Both the position numbers and the translations under genes were made by a program. The notes under the pieces are model-generated. The model made no database searches. It saw only the letters and a program-made list of their open reading frames with translations, and was not told the DNA's origin. From Blasia pusilla (lineage: Eukaryota), in the NCBI GenBank assembly GCA_050084515.1, contig CM114271.1, positions 22,258,001 through 22,322,000 of the forward strand: a DNA stretch of 64,000 nucleotides, in the 5' to 3' direction. Each line of letters begins with the position of its first letter. Position 1 is the stretch's first letter. This document shows positions 1-13,580 of the stretch, in pieces.

Positions 1-853
1 TTTTCTATTTCTATTTTTACGTGTTTGCAAACGTTCCTTCGTGGAGATCGGTAAATCTTGCCGGTTAAACTTCCCGTAACGATGGTCCTCCCGAGTGCCG
101 TGTATCCAAGCGTTAGCCCGATGTAATCCCCCTCCGGTCGACAGCTGAAATTTAGCGGGAGTGGGGAGGGGCTTGGGGAAGAGCGGCGCCGGAGGCGGAT
201 CCTGTAGCCAGCTAATTTGGCAGAGCGTGCGCGGTGGAAGAATGGGGGAGTGCGAGGCAGATTCGAAGATGATTCCGAGATTCGCGACTTAATCGGATAG
301 TGCGAGAAGTGTGCTTCGTTTTGCCGGTTTCACTTCTTTCCTTCTTTCTTGATTCTTCACTGGTTGCGCGGCGCAATGGCGCCCTCGGAATTTCAAGGCG
401 GGCCTAGGGAATGTGCGATTTGCGACCGCACTTTTGACTGTCTGCGGCGTTCTTTGCTTGCTCCCCTCATATCAGATCTAAGGGAAGGAGGATGATGATT
501 TCTTAGCTGGAAGCTTTTTGCTGTCTGGTTTGCAGGCGGAGCGCTGTACATGGCCTTCGCTTCTTTCTGCTAGTAGTAGTTCCTTGATTGGTGTTTCCTC
601 CTAATTCTAAGAGAGCAGTGATTGGACTTTCCTTCTCCGCCTCTGGCTTCTTACCGTTCTGGGAGGGAAGCATAGGCGGTGGAAGACGGAGCTGGAAGGG
701 ATTTGAAATCCTGTCATGCGAGCCCGAAACTAGAGGATCAGACCTGACTGGATGGCCTAACGCAGCGAAAAGGAATTGGAGAGAAGTGTAGTGAGTAGTG
801 GTGTAGTGCAGCGGATCGGACTCTGGAGGTGGCATTTCAGGGATGCGATCGGG

Positions 854-3800
854 ATGGGTGATGTAACACAATGCAGGCTGTGGTTGCCCCGGCATCTATG
901 CAGCACGCAGCAGGACCGGAGCCTGGCGTTGCTGGGATGGATCAATGGCGGGCTCCAATCTCTGGACTTCGTGGTGGTCACTGGAGTGCCAACGTGCGAG
1001 AATGCTTGCGCGGACTTTCTCCAATTGCAGGTGCCCTGCATCCTTTTCCCTTCCTGTCTAGAAGAAGCTTCCGATTGAGCCCCCAAGATTGCCTTTTCTA
1101 AGACATGTCACAAATGAATCTGCCCATGTATTTGTATAAATAATTCCTCTGAATATTAATCACTTACAAATCAATTCAGTCGAGTGATGTATCTGTAGAG
1201 ATATTATTAAGAAATCAATTCATCCATTCAATCGTAGATCATTTTATTTGTCTTTAATGGAAGACTTTCTCGTGCATCAATTATGCCTCGCACCACCACA
1301 TTAGATGTGTCAAGTATAAATTTAATGGGCCCGTTCTTCTCCGTGCGTCGATCGCTTGTTAAGTTTGAGAGGGTTGTTAATTGTAGAGAATTCTGGATGC
1401 TGCTGCAACGAAGTTGCCTTGGACGCTTCAGAATGAGCAGAATTTGCGCGTCATAGGGGAGTATCTGGTCCCACATGAATCTGATCAGCTACCTAAAGAT
1501 AAGTCAAAGAGTAATTACCAGCTTGACGGCTGCAGCATGCGACCCGGGTACGAGATCAGCAAGGGGGTGGAGAATGCCGGTGCGCCTGGGATATCCGGAG
1601 GCTCAGAGAATATTGGGAATTTTGACGTCGTCCGTGACACAAAAGAAAATCGTCCAGATAATTCTCAGCGAAGGGTCGATTGTAACAAACGCCCGATGAG
1701 TAACGTCTGGGCAGTTCTCTCTGGCTGTATTCGAAGCGGGGACAGCATGAGATCAGACTGGATACCAAATATTCATTCCATCACACGGAACGGTTTTCAT
1801 CTTCCCATCAGAAAACACGTATGTAAAGATGGCATCAAGTTCTTTCTCCGATCGTTGTAATCAGTTTTGTGGGGACATTCTAATCATAATCTATTGTCGA
1901 AGTGACAGAAGGATTTCCTCTGCGAAGTAGTGAATGAATAACTGATTCGTCAAAAAAAATTCCACCTTTAAAAAATTGAAAGAATCAAAGTGTCTAACGT
2001 GTGTTAGGATGGATCGCCTTGTCCCTTCGTTCACTTATCAATGCTCATTTGTCGATCAGGGAGCTCTGTTGAGTTAGAACTTCACTTCTGTGTTTGCCAA
2101 CTCTAACCCTTGCAAGAGTGGTTGCCAGGATCCCTAGAAAATGCATGAGCTTTAAACAGTTTAGGATATTGAATCTGGTTTCATCTTGCGCAGTTTTGTT
2201 CTTTTAATGTGGTCCAGTGGGATGATCGTGAGGTACGGCTTCCGTGTTGGTTTGGCCAATTTTGTGAAGTGTGGAAATGCACTTCTCTGGACATACTCCC
2301 ATCTGTAGTCTGTCAAGCAACTGGAATTCTTGGGCTTAGTGATTATGCTTGATTTGAATGCAGATCATTATCTACAATGAACCCAAATTTGGGAGCCACC
2401 ACTTCTCTTGTCTTCCATGGACTTTCCCTCATGAAATTATAAATCTACAGAAACCTCATGACTGCAACAAGTCCTCAAAGAAACCACTATGGTTAGCTGC
2501 AATTGATCAACAACAGAAGTTTCCAAACATGGTGAGTCTTCATGCGGAACTTCAACCACTAGTGAGTTACCAGGGGAGAGCTAAATCTGGATAGGAATTG
2601 TGCATTCAACAGAGTCTTGGAGGTGTCAACTAGAGTAGGTGGTGGAGCGTTCAGGTACTTGGGATTGTCATGAGGTTAGGCTTTACAGGAGAAGGTCCTT
2701 CGACAAGATCATTGCAATTGGTATGGCATGGTCACTGATCTCTCAGAAATAGGAACTCAAAATTAGGCTGAAACTGGGAATGCCTGCAATACTGTCTACA
2801 GGAGGTGATCATGACTGAATTAAATTGTGCAGTATTCATCAACGAAACTGTGAAGGCTCTTTGGTTGCCTGCTTACAGCACGGAGAGGCATCCAATCCGA
2901 ACCCCCATGTATTGTCCATCTTACCACATTACAAACCCTTACAATTTATGTTTATGGTCTAGTCGTTTCCCTCCCTAAATTGTACAGAACTGACTTTACA
3001 AAGGCCAAATCCATATGGGCAATCAAGGCCTAGGCCTGTAGTTCATTCACAGGTACAAAAGAAGGTAATGATTGAGCAGAAATGCCATCATTATTTCTGA
3101 AGATTTGTTTCTGTGGTAATGGTTTGCAGATACCAAAACAAGGTTTGGCATCCAGTTCACGTGTTTGTGGCAGTGTGGGCGACTGGTCTTTACTGCCTTG
3201 CTCGAGTTCTTGCACTGGGGTTGAATGTATCACTCCGAGCAGCTCCCTTCTTGCAGAATGTGTTGCACAAGAGTATGACCTGGCAAACAATGCACATTCG
3301 ATGCCAGCAGCTGATGGCATGGCCTTTCAATGCTTTATGGGGAGGCTTGGGGTATACATATTCGCAATCTTTCTGATGCAATCTCTGATTATTCACTATG
3401 GACATGCTAGTTCCTACAGATGCTTTTCACTTAGTCCTCCACTAATCTAGAGCCTTGTTCAGAGTGTTCCTAGGTCTTAGTACCCACACTATTCTCACGG
3501 AACATTGGGACAGAAAAGTTCCTGATGTATGCAGATAAACCCCAGATTCACAAGAGCTAGTCATTGTAGTTAGATTTTAATAAGTTGCACGTCGGACAAC
3601 GTACCTTCAACATGCAAACCTGAATCTGTCCATCTTGTTGAGATACGCATTGTCTTTGATATTATTGTGCATGTCAACTAGGTGTAAGACCAAAATTAGT
3701 TGGATTCACGGATGGACCTGTTACAACTGAATTATCTTGGGTGGAGTCTCAAATTTAAGTGATGTGGGTGTTCATTTGTGGGTGCAGACCAGAACAGCCA

Positions 3801-5999
3801 AATGTGGATGCTGCTCACAGAGTTGCATTTGCTAAGCACTCCACTTGGTTTAGTGTACTCATCGACAAATTTGTTGGAGCCATTGTTGGTTATCTCGTTC
3901 TAAGTCATCATGCTTTAATCTCCCAGTCAGTGGTCAAAGCAGGGCAAAGCCTGACAAATGATGTGTTGCGTACCGGATGTGTATGGCTGATGGGGGTGCC
4001 TGCTGGATTTAAGATCAATACTGAGCTTGCTGCAACATTTGGAACGTTATCTTTGCACTGGATACAAACTTGGTCCACATTGTTGTACACTTTGATACCA
4101 GCACTTGGAGTTTTTCTTCGTGTTTTGGGTCTTACTGGAATTCTACTGGGCTTCACAGTTCCAGCCGCAATGGTGTCGGATGTTATCTCTGCATCAACAA
4201 TTCATGTAAAATCTCTTCATCATACAGTTGCATTCATCTACTCAAATCAGCTACGCGCATTGGCTGCTCTATGGCGCCTATTCAGGTATCCATTATATGT
4301 ACATTGAACTTTTTTGTCTTCCACAAGTGTTTGTTTCGAAAGTGATAAGCCCCATCTAAGTACTAGAACCAATGTCAGATAGTTCTAATGAAGCAGAGCC
4401 TTTCTCCTCTCTCCATCAAGGAGTTACATCCCCTACTACCTGATGACTCCTCAGTAGAACAACTCTGGGGTTTGACAATTAGGTAGATGCTGGAAATCCT
4501 TATGCTCCAACTCACCGATATCATGAAAGTGCACTTGACCAGCAAAAATAAAATATTGACGTATATCTTCAAGCTCTATTCAATGGACTGCTTGGTCAAT
4601 CTTTGTACTCTTCAGATGTCCGTTGAATTCAGCTTTCTTCTCCCACTTGAAACGATGAGGTCACAGTGGGATCCTGAATTTTCTTCAGCTGGTTTTGTTT
4701 CTAGAAGGAAAATTCTGAAAAGACACTTATGATTCCAGGGGTCGGAAGCGCAACATTTTACGACGAAGACTCGACACTTTTGATTGTAGTGTAGAGCAGC
4801 TGGTTGTGGGTTCACTCATGTTCACACCCTTGCTGCTACTTCTTCCTACTACTTCTGTGTTCTACACATTCTTCTCCATCATCTTCTTCACCCTCTCTTC
4901 TATACAACTTATTCTACACTATATCATCTTCTTCTTTCTCTCCTTTCCTTTCTGTTTGGTAGGCGCATGGCTCATGCAGCCTAAGCAATTCCCTTCTGGA
5001 GTGGTGATGGTATCCCTATCCAGAGATGAAAATGAGAAGTCTAAGATGACGAGCCCTTTTTCTAAGAGAGTAGCAGAGAGTAGTTTTCCTCCCATGAATC
5101 TTGATGGCAATAGGATCACCCATAGGATGGAAAAGAAAATATCAGGATCACCTATCATGTTTCAAGAGTTTGTAGAGTCCTCAAACTTGGAAGAGGCACA
5201 AGTCGCCAAGCTCAACCTTGAAATTGGACCCGAAGAAAGTGAGAAATTATCCAGTTTAGAAAGCACATGGAGCAGTGGGGCAGAACATGGGGCAGTTCTG
5301 CTGACCTCCTTGGGAATCCGAAGTGCTACCCTGGGTACTTCCTCAATTACACTCTCCCTTCTTGACTGATCTTTATTCATTACGAGCTGTGGAGTGAGTG
5401 GCTGAGTTACATCAGTTCCTAAGCATCAATATTTGGCTATAGAGAAGGTTTCTGTTCAGGATCATATGGCATGATTTGTGATACATTTAACTGTTGGGCA
5501 CTGAACAGGAGAATTATTTATACCTTTTTTGAGAAACCACTTCATTAGGCCTGAATGGTCGTCAGGAGCAACTTTGGCTTACAAGTTGGTCACTGGGGAA
5601 AGGTACGATCTTCTACTAAGTGACAGCTTTGCTCGCGACTGAGTTTCTTGCCGATGGATCCATGACTAAACTCCCTGGCAAAGGGAGTTAGTTGGGTCGT
5701 AGTTACGTTTGCTATGTCTAGAAATCCACTTGAGGAACATGATCTCTGCTAAGGGATTCAGGCTATCTACTTTGTCGCCATGATTGTGAGTGACTTAAAA
5801 CACCTTACAAAGGTGTTTAAAGTCCAGAGATCTGAACAGTTGGTTGATGGGTTCTTGCCACAGGTACGTCCAGAATGTGCAGTTTGGTGGCTTGGCACCT
5901 CTTCCTCATACTCCAGTAAGCTTGCGGGTCTTTGCTAAGCTGTGCTACACAGCAGTGGGAGCTGCTTCTGGATTTTTCCTGTCAAACACCTCTAATTAA
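854..5999 (+). CDS. PIGQ: GPI-GlcNAc transferase component PIG-Q/GPI1 (9 coding exons)
   Basis: Phase-consistent GT-AG exon chain: 854-1030, 1387-1818, 2364-2531, 2802-2908, 3130(or 3103)-3351, 3788-4285, 4739-5334, 5509-5602, 5864-5999 (TAA). Plant PIG-Q N-terminus CRLWLPR and Gpi1-domain signatures WLMGVPAGFKINTELA, QLRALAALWRLFR|GRKRNILRRRLD, EQLVVGSLMFTPLLLLLPTT. Confidence 0.92.
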
Positions 6000-7506
6000 T
6001 GTTTAAATCAGACACTTCAAGTGACTGAAATTGAAGAGGTCTTCTCTTATGACGATCTAACAGTCCTTGCTGAGCTTTCCGACCAATGATTTATCCAGCT
6101 GGAGGCCATACACATATCAGCAGGTACACTCGTGTCCATCTACGCTTCTATTTTCTTGGAAGAAGAGGCTTCTCTCATAATCTTTACAAATATTTATTGG
6201 TTGAAACTGTTCTGGGTCTTGAATCATGAGTAGTAAGAAAGCAACAATCACCATCCACATTTGCTTGAGCTGCCAATGGGTCTGCTATTCAAGATATGGA
6301 CAAATGCAAGTATGCATATATGAAATGAGCAGCAACAAGCAGTAGGTTCGGGTTTATAAGGGCCTAACTGCCGAGAGCCTGAGGACAAAATCAGAAGATC
6401 ATTGAATCGCCACTGGCAAGGTGCGATTTTGGCACTTGTGCACAGCAGATCTCAGTTTCAATGCTCAATGAAGTATGAGGTCATTCACAGTACTAAGGTA
6501 CTCAACAGACGTATTTTGTATATGGCTAGTTCTACAGAACCAGCTTCGCTCTTTTCACCCACTGAGCTGGTATTAGTGCACTCGACTAGTTCGTGCCCAC
6601 TTACATTCATGTGAAGTGCTGGTGTCGGAATCAGTCTAGTACGAGAGCCAGGCATTCATATGCACGCACTAACGCTTGAGTTGCTCAGTGCTGCAGAGGC
6701 CTGGGGGATCCCCATGCAAGGATTAATGTTCCTCTCAGGGAAGTGCGACCTGTCAGCAATGTACACCTTATAGTGGATGGATGCACGGAAGCTGATACTA
6801 TCTTGACTCTGGCGATTCCATTACAATTCAGAATTTAGGGAGCTTAAACTTGTACTTCTAATTTGTCGAGCTGCATTCAACGTGTGTTTGAATGACTCCT
6901 GATTCAAGGCATTCACGTCTATCGGGATTGCAAATCATTTAATGTGAATCAAAACATTTGCCTGAGAAGGATTTCTCATAAGATTGACTCAATGGGATAC
7001 AAGTCCATTTGCATGATGAAATAGGCGAATAAGATGTGGCGAAGATATTTGTTGTGTCCAGTGGTTTTCAATTAAAACATCAATTTTCTTGGCTGATAAT
7101 ATTTTTCTTTCGATTACAAAAACCTGGCCAAATGTCACTTTCTTTCCCACATGGGAAGTACAAGTGTGAAAAAGGTCTTTTCGCATGTAAGAAAAGAAGC
7201 ACATTTCACAGAACCAATTTGACTATTCCTCTATAATGGACCTCTCTTTGTCCACGTCATGAATAGGCACCATCTATCCCTCATTGTCTTTATCCATTAT
7301 GGTGAAAGGCGATGGGATATGGCAGTCACATGTAAATGATTGATACATATACACATTATGTACATATCCCTTTGGGTAACATCCCTAAGGACTGTGTAAC
7401 AAGTAGCAAACCCTTTGGGAAAAATTCCAGATTAAATAGTGATCTGATAATGATTGCTTGTGAATGCATTTAAAAATATCCCCATAAGTCCTGTATGTGT
7501 CCTCTG

Positions 7507-10500
7507 CTAGAGTCTCGGATAAGAATGCAACTCCTGATAAGTCCCCCTTGACTTAAGGAGGCATGCCCGTGCCTGCCCATGAGAGCCCTCTCCACCTGGA
7601 AAAGGAATAGACCCGGATGTTGGATTTCCTCCATATTTTGGAGAATGATAAGATGGGAAATTCTGGTACACGCTGGAAACAGAAGAGTTGTCCTGAAACA
7701 TGGAGTCCATGTACTCTTTGTCGTCATAAGAAGCAACGTCCTCCAAGCTATCAACCTTCCCATTGCGATAGCTCATGGCTTTCAACACAAAAGCATCATC
7801 ATGCAATTCAAATGGTGTACTGCCAGCATAAGACACCCACATATCAAACATAGTATCAATCACTGCATTTTTTATTCACTTTGACTGTACCAGTCTCGAA
7901 TAAGCTAGTGTCAGCACATGTTCAGCATAGCTGCATTTCTTCACCTCAAGGACATCTCGACTCATGATCACATGAAATTATCCATGAAACCAATTTCAAC
8001 TCAACAGAACCCACTTCACAAAGCAAACTTGACGAGCTCTCAATGATTGCCACTGATGTACAAATGGCTACAGGCAGGCCAAACAGGACATTTTTTTCTA
8101 CATCCATTTGCCTCAGCTCGTGCTCTGATGGCCTATGATTGACTGAGATGAGATAGCAATCGTCTGGAGACACCTAGTTTAGGGAGTTCAATGACAATTT
8201 TTTGACAGAGGTTTTCTTTTACTTAGTCTAGTGACTTTCTCAACAATCTGAGCTTCATTGGGCTGTACTTTTCTGAGTGGGAATTGGTGAAGATGAACTT
8301 TGGTAAAATAAAACCTACAGGGCAAGAGCAAGCAAGATTCAGTTCATGGTCAAGTAGAAAGAAAACAGGTGGTAGGTTTCCTGAATGTACCTGTTGAAAT
8401 CGAAATGGACAACTTGCATGTCCTCCGAAATTTCAACTCCTACTGTGGCCTGGGGTTGAGTCTGCAAGCCCCACCAAGCCAAACCCCAGCAAATCATTGA
8501 ACAGTTCACACATCACTGGACAGTCTCTCGGCAAAGTACTAGCTTAGACACAAATGGACAACTCCAAATAACATCTTAAAGTGCACACCCCATGTCAGTC
8601 TCATTAGATTCTTTCGAGGGGAATGTTTCACATTAGTGTACAGGTGAAGAAACCTATAAATATGTCAATCTCAACACCTTGACAAGAACAGGATGCCCTT
8701 ACCTGTACAAGAATAAAAGGTAAGGCGACACCACCAGCAGGTGTTCCTCCAGTGCAATTATATGATTTTTGATTCCGCAGGACAAGATTTTGTATCCTTT
8801 TCATCTGTATACAGTTTCCACATCCAATTGTTATGGACAATTCAAGAGTTCAGTCATCAGATTTCCTCCAGTCCTTTCTGTTTCAAGGTGATCTTACCAG
8901 CATACAATTATGTAAATAACTCTATGTCTGTCTCCTGGTTCGCAGTAGGAAATCTAGCTACACCATCTGAATGCAAAGACAGCACCTTAAGGAGTCTCTT
9001 GCGGAGGGGCCATTGGATGAATGGTTTCATACACTGTACAGATGATGTCTTGCTGAGAATCAGGTCCATCAAAAAGGTAGACCCAACCTATGGGCTTGAG
9101 TACTGTTACGTTGAGGCCATCACAATATCTAGTCAAAGTAGAACTATCCTTCAAAGAGTGCAATCATTACCACACCACACCTGCTCTTCCAACTCCTGAA
9201 GATAGGCTGTCTTTTGTTCAATCCTTTCTCTCACTTGGAATTGCTCAGCCTGCACCATATAAACCTGAATGTCAGGAATTCTAGATACCTTCCAGCAAGT
9301 CATATTTCTTTCCTTGCATAATTCCTGTGGAATCTTCTGCTAACAGCCACCTTCATTCATCAGGCTAGTGTACAACCCGTGCTATGCACATGAGTGAAGG
9401 GACTAATCATGCGGCACACAAATTCAAAAAAAAATCTCGCTGCCCGTAGTATGAGAAACATTTTCTTGCTGCCCAGTTGCCACATGTCAAGCAGACAAGT
9501 GTTTGCAAATCAAGAAGGCACTCCCCAATAATAATTTAGATTGTACAAAATGTGAGGACATAGAGAAGCATTCCTCACTTTCACTTCTTGTCATTCTATT
9601 TCCAAACAATCACAGATCAATCCTGGAGAGAACTTGTGAAAACATTTCCAGGACCTGGTTATACTCCAACAAAACTTATTACAGAACAGAGTAAAGGTGA
9701 CAACGCTGAACAGGTAGCCTTGCAAGTGATGAAATGAAGACTCACTGACCTTGATGCGATTGCTGTCATTTGCATTGGCAATTGGCACACCTTTCCACTG
9801 AATTTCTTTTTTCTCTTTTGATATTATATCCAAAGCCATTAGAACGTTTAACGCATCATAAACCCTCCGCCTGATGTTCTTCTCGTCATATTGTTGCTGC
9901 AATCAAACAATTCTTATCACTCAATACATCATGTAAGCGTTCAAAGAGTCTGCAAGAACTGGTTACAAGTCTACATCTCCAGAAGCTTGTTGCTACACTA
10001 CGCAATTAGAATCACTCCACAAATTGTGGAAGCTTTCTACGAGCTCTGCAAGAACTGGTTATTAGCCTCTGTAGCGTAAATGGGATGGTCTTCCCATATT
10101 TAGGAACAATTTTGCAACATGCCTCTTGTGAAATAAAGTTTCAACTTCACCAATTAAACTCTAAGAGATAATTAATTTGCCAACCCACAGTAAGATAACA
10201 GCCATCCTAATCTCCTCAGACCCATCTGTTATCCTTGATGTACTCGGCATCAGAATGGAAGATTGGACAGCACTTTAGTAAAGCCAGTACTAGGACGAAT
10301 CTGACCATTTCCTTAGTTTCTTCATGAACAGTACGCAGATAAGTGCACAGTGAAGACGTCAGAACTTAGGGGAACAAAAGCAAATAGAATAAATCTTCAG
10401 ATTGAAGTTGTCACAGTGTATTGTTGGCAGTGTCAATTGCTTTCTTATAAGAGAGGAGACAACTCAATTTTAAGACATGGAAAGGGTTTGACAAGTTGAA

Positions 10501-12590
10501 ACAAATACCAACTGAAAGTCAGAAACAAAAGTTTTTTGAGGTTAAACTTCCCAGGAATAGCCAGTCATCATCCAAATGAAATGCACTCTCCTCTTGTCGG
10601 AGGGTGATCAGAAACAAATCCGTGATAGGATCATTACCCCTCTTTTACAAGGGTGATGTCATTGGCACATGGGTACAGGAACATACACACCACAAAGCTA
10701 GATGAAGGTTGATTCATGGAAGAATGAGGGGAATCCGTACTAGGAAGTCAAAGGTCATCATCTTAGATACAAATTAGCTTCCGATCTTTCACGAAATCAC
10801 AACCCAAGAGTGAGTTATCAGAGGAGGACCTTCATCTAGCACAGAGGTAATTTTTCCAATTCGAATGATGGCATAGAATGATTGATGTCTCAGAAGCAAG
10901 TTAGCTGGGTGCTCATCCTACAAAACACTGAGTGAGGACACTGCCATCATAGTCCTTAAATTATTATCCCAGCATTGTCTTTGACCAGAATCTGTGTAGT
11001 ATGAGAAGAAAGCCATTTGTCCATACTGTAATGATCATCAAAATCATAAATCATATACCTGATCAGGTGACACATGATTATTGGACGGATTGGTGAATTC
11101 AGAAACCAGCTCGTCTGCAACCTGCCACATGCATGACCTCCGCTGTGAAACACTTAACCATACTCGTCTACAGTCACTTCCTCACAAGCTATGAATATGC
11201 ATTGGAGTGAGTAATCATTCCCATGCGATATGAATATGCATTGGAGTGCAAAAGTATCCATGTGCGCATATCGCATTTTTGCACTCTATACAGTCTCTCC
11301 AACCTCGTTTGTAGATGGTACAGAAACTCGTGTGCAATTCTTAATTCAGGCACCTCTGACAGATCTAGAAGAATGTAGCAAAGCCCACTTCCACTTTCGT
11401 CTTAATACTTACAAGAAACCTCTCAAATGCTCTTCTTCCATCTCTATCTTTCATAAAACAACGCAAAAAGCTTCCTTTAAGCGCTTTAGGAGCTGCTAGC
11501 CTGTCCGTCATGAGACGAACTTGACTCAGCTGCAAACATAAACTGAAGCCGACCTCTTACTCATAGAACCGCTGCAATTCCACTACGGTCTTTGAATTCA
11601 ACAAGCTTCAGAAACTGTGCTTGACTGAAAAAGGAACAAAAAGGATCGTCTCGTCTCCGGAACCCATCGGGATCACCGCATGGAAAAGTATCGAGAATAT
11701 TCTGGAGAAAGGTGCCATGCTTCATTATCCTCTTAGTATCCAGTAAAGCCTTGGTACACTCAGAAGAATTCTCCGCCGAGGAAAATGGACAACCAGCACG
11801 TGCGAATGGGATTGTACTTGCGATGCTGCCAAAAGGGACAAGGACAGCTCGAGAAAGAAGCCCAGAAGAAGGAAACAATACAGTCCACCAAGTAGACAGT
11901 TTGCGAATTATACTCACGTACCTCATTGTAAGTAGTGTGCCCCTTGCTCTCGACCTTTTGACAGACTGAACACCACAAATACGCAAGACACGCGAGGGTC
12001 AGAAGTGGAGAGAGAGGGTTTTTTGGAACCACAGCTTAACAGAGGAAGAGCAGAGCCGCATTGCGCCAATAGGTCTCGCAGTTAAATTTTAGTCATCGGT
12101 AACGCAGACGACTCACCTTTCATGCTAAAATGACGGAGCCCTTTTCCGCCTTTCTCGCCACCAACCGATACATGAGTTCGTTTTTTCTTGGGCCTGCCAA
12201 CACGAACATAAACCCCTGATTACCTCTTTCGTAAGTCACACAATCCGGTCCCAGAGAATCCATGGGCTTTTCGGGTGCTCCTACTTGCCCAATTCCCTGA
12301 CCATCTGCAGAAATTCCGAGTAGATGACGTGAAGCCAACCGAAGCTAGCTACCACTCGCTAGAGTTCTAAGACATACCACAAGAAAAGAAACTGCTCACG
12401 CCCAAGAAATGCCAGAGAGGCCGAATTGCCGTCTGTCGTCAGAAACCCACCCGAGCATTTCTTGAGACGAGTCCAGGTCATCGAGAGCAGGAGCAACTGC
12501 ATCGGAAAAACCATCGCATCCCAAACTCAGGCTGGCACTCTCCATCGAGGGCAACGGCTGAGGCGAGACAGGAGCCCTGGTCCTGCCCAT
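7507..12590 (-). CDS. DP: E2F dimerisation partner (DP family transcription factor), 9 coding exons
   Basis: Phase-consistent exons on the minus strand: 12590-12451, 12193-12117, 11965-11922, 11121-11059, 9896-9750, 9249-9181, 8804-8703, 8461-8391, 7819-7507. Motifs [77 protein letters not shown]. The start ATG (12590) is the least certain part. Confidence 0.93.
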
Positions 12591-13116
12591 CCTGCCTCCC
12601 ACTCTTCCAACAGCTGCTGCAGTAGCAGCAGCGGTAGTCACCGAATGCTCGCCCCTCCGGCCGCAGCAGCAGCCACAGCTGCACTAGCTGAATGCATCGA
12701 CCACGGCACGGAGCCCGATCTCCCAATGTCACCAACACAGCTCCAATCCCTTTGGTTTCCTACCACTTCTCACCATCGTCCCTCCCTCTCCCAACATCCC
12801 CGATCCCAATCTACCTCAACATTGCTCTCCCTCTCCCCCCAGCAGCTACCTACCACCCACCTCGTGCCCCATCTCCTCACGCCCGCTCCCACAACCTCCT
12901 TTCCTCTCCATCACAAACGGTACCACCTCGCGCACTCTTGCACCGTGCTCCCAGCCAAAGCATACCAAACCAAACTGCCAACTGCTACGCCTCCCTCTCT
13001 CCGTCACCTCTCTGCTCTCCTCCGCCTCCTCCTCCGCATTGTACATACAGTACAGGGCCTCTTCCCCCATGCAGCCAACCAACCAAGCACACCCGAACGA
13101 ACCGAACTAACCCTCT

Positions 13117-13143
13117 CTCCTCCTCCTCCTCCTCCTCCTCCTC
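13117..13143. repeat. (CCT)n microsatellite in the DP leader region
   Basis: Run of tcc/cct triplets read directly. Confidence 0.9.
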
Positions 13144-13529
13144 AATAATGCCTCATCCCTCTACTCCTCCTCCGCCTATGGCTGAATCATCCTTCCTCCT
13201 CCATACCGTATAGTGAGTGTATCGTAGCGCCCGCTCGTCGTCCTCGTCTCCTCCATCGACACGTAGCGAGGGCAGCGTAGGAGGCGCCGGAGCTCCTCCT
13301 CTCCTCCGGCTACACGTAGCGCGCAGCGTGCTAGGGGCCACTCGTGCTCCTCCGCAGATCGGGAACGCTGTGCCCTATCATCATTATCATTCTTCTGCTC
13401 CTCCTTCTACTTCCTGCCCTAAACGGCCCCCCCCACCTCCGAGCCTCCGCCACCTCCATACATATACGTACCGTATATGTATGGAGGCTACTTAGTGACC
13501 GTCTCCTCCGTCGTCCCACCCGCTGGTCG

Positions 13530-13580
13530 GCCGGTCGGTCGGTCGGTCGGTCTGCCTGCCTGCCTGCCTGCCTGCCTGCC
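13530..13580. repeat. Compound (CGGT)n(CTGC)n microsatellite in the DP leader region
   Basis: ggtcggtcggtcggtcggtc followed by tgcctgcctgcc... Confidence 0.9.

Noticed and set aside
9288-9361. Candidate extra DP exon with a GT donor
   Set aside because: No DP homology; the flanking exons already join in phase.
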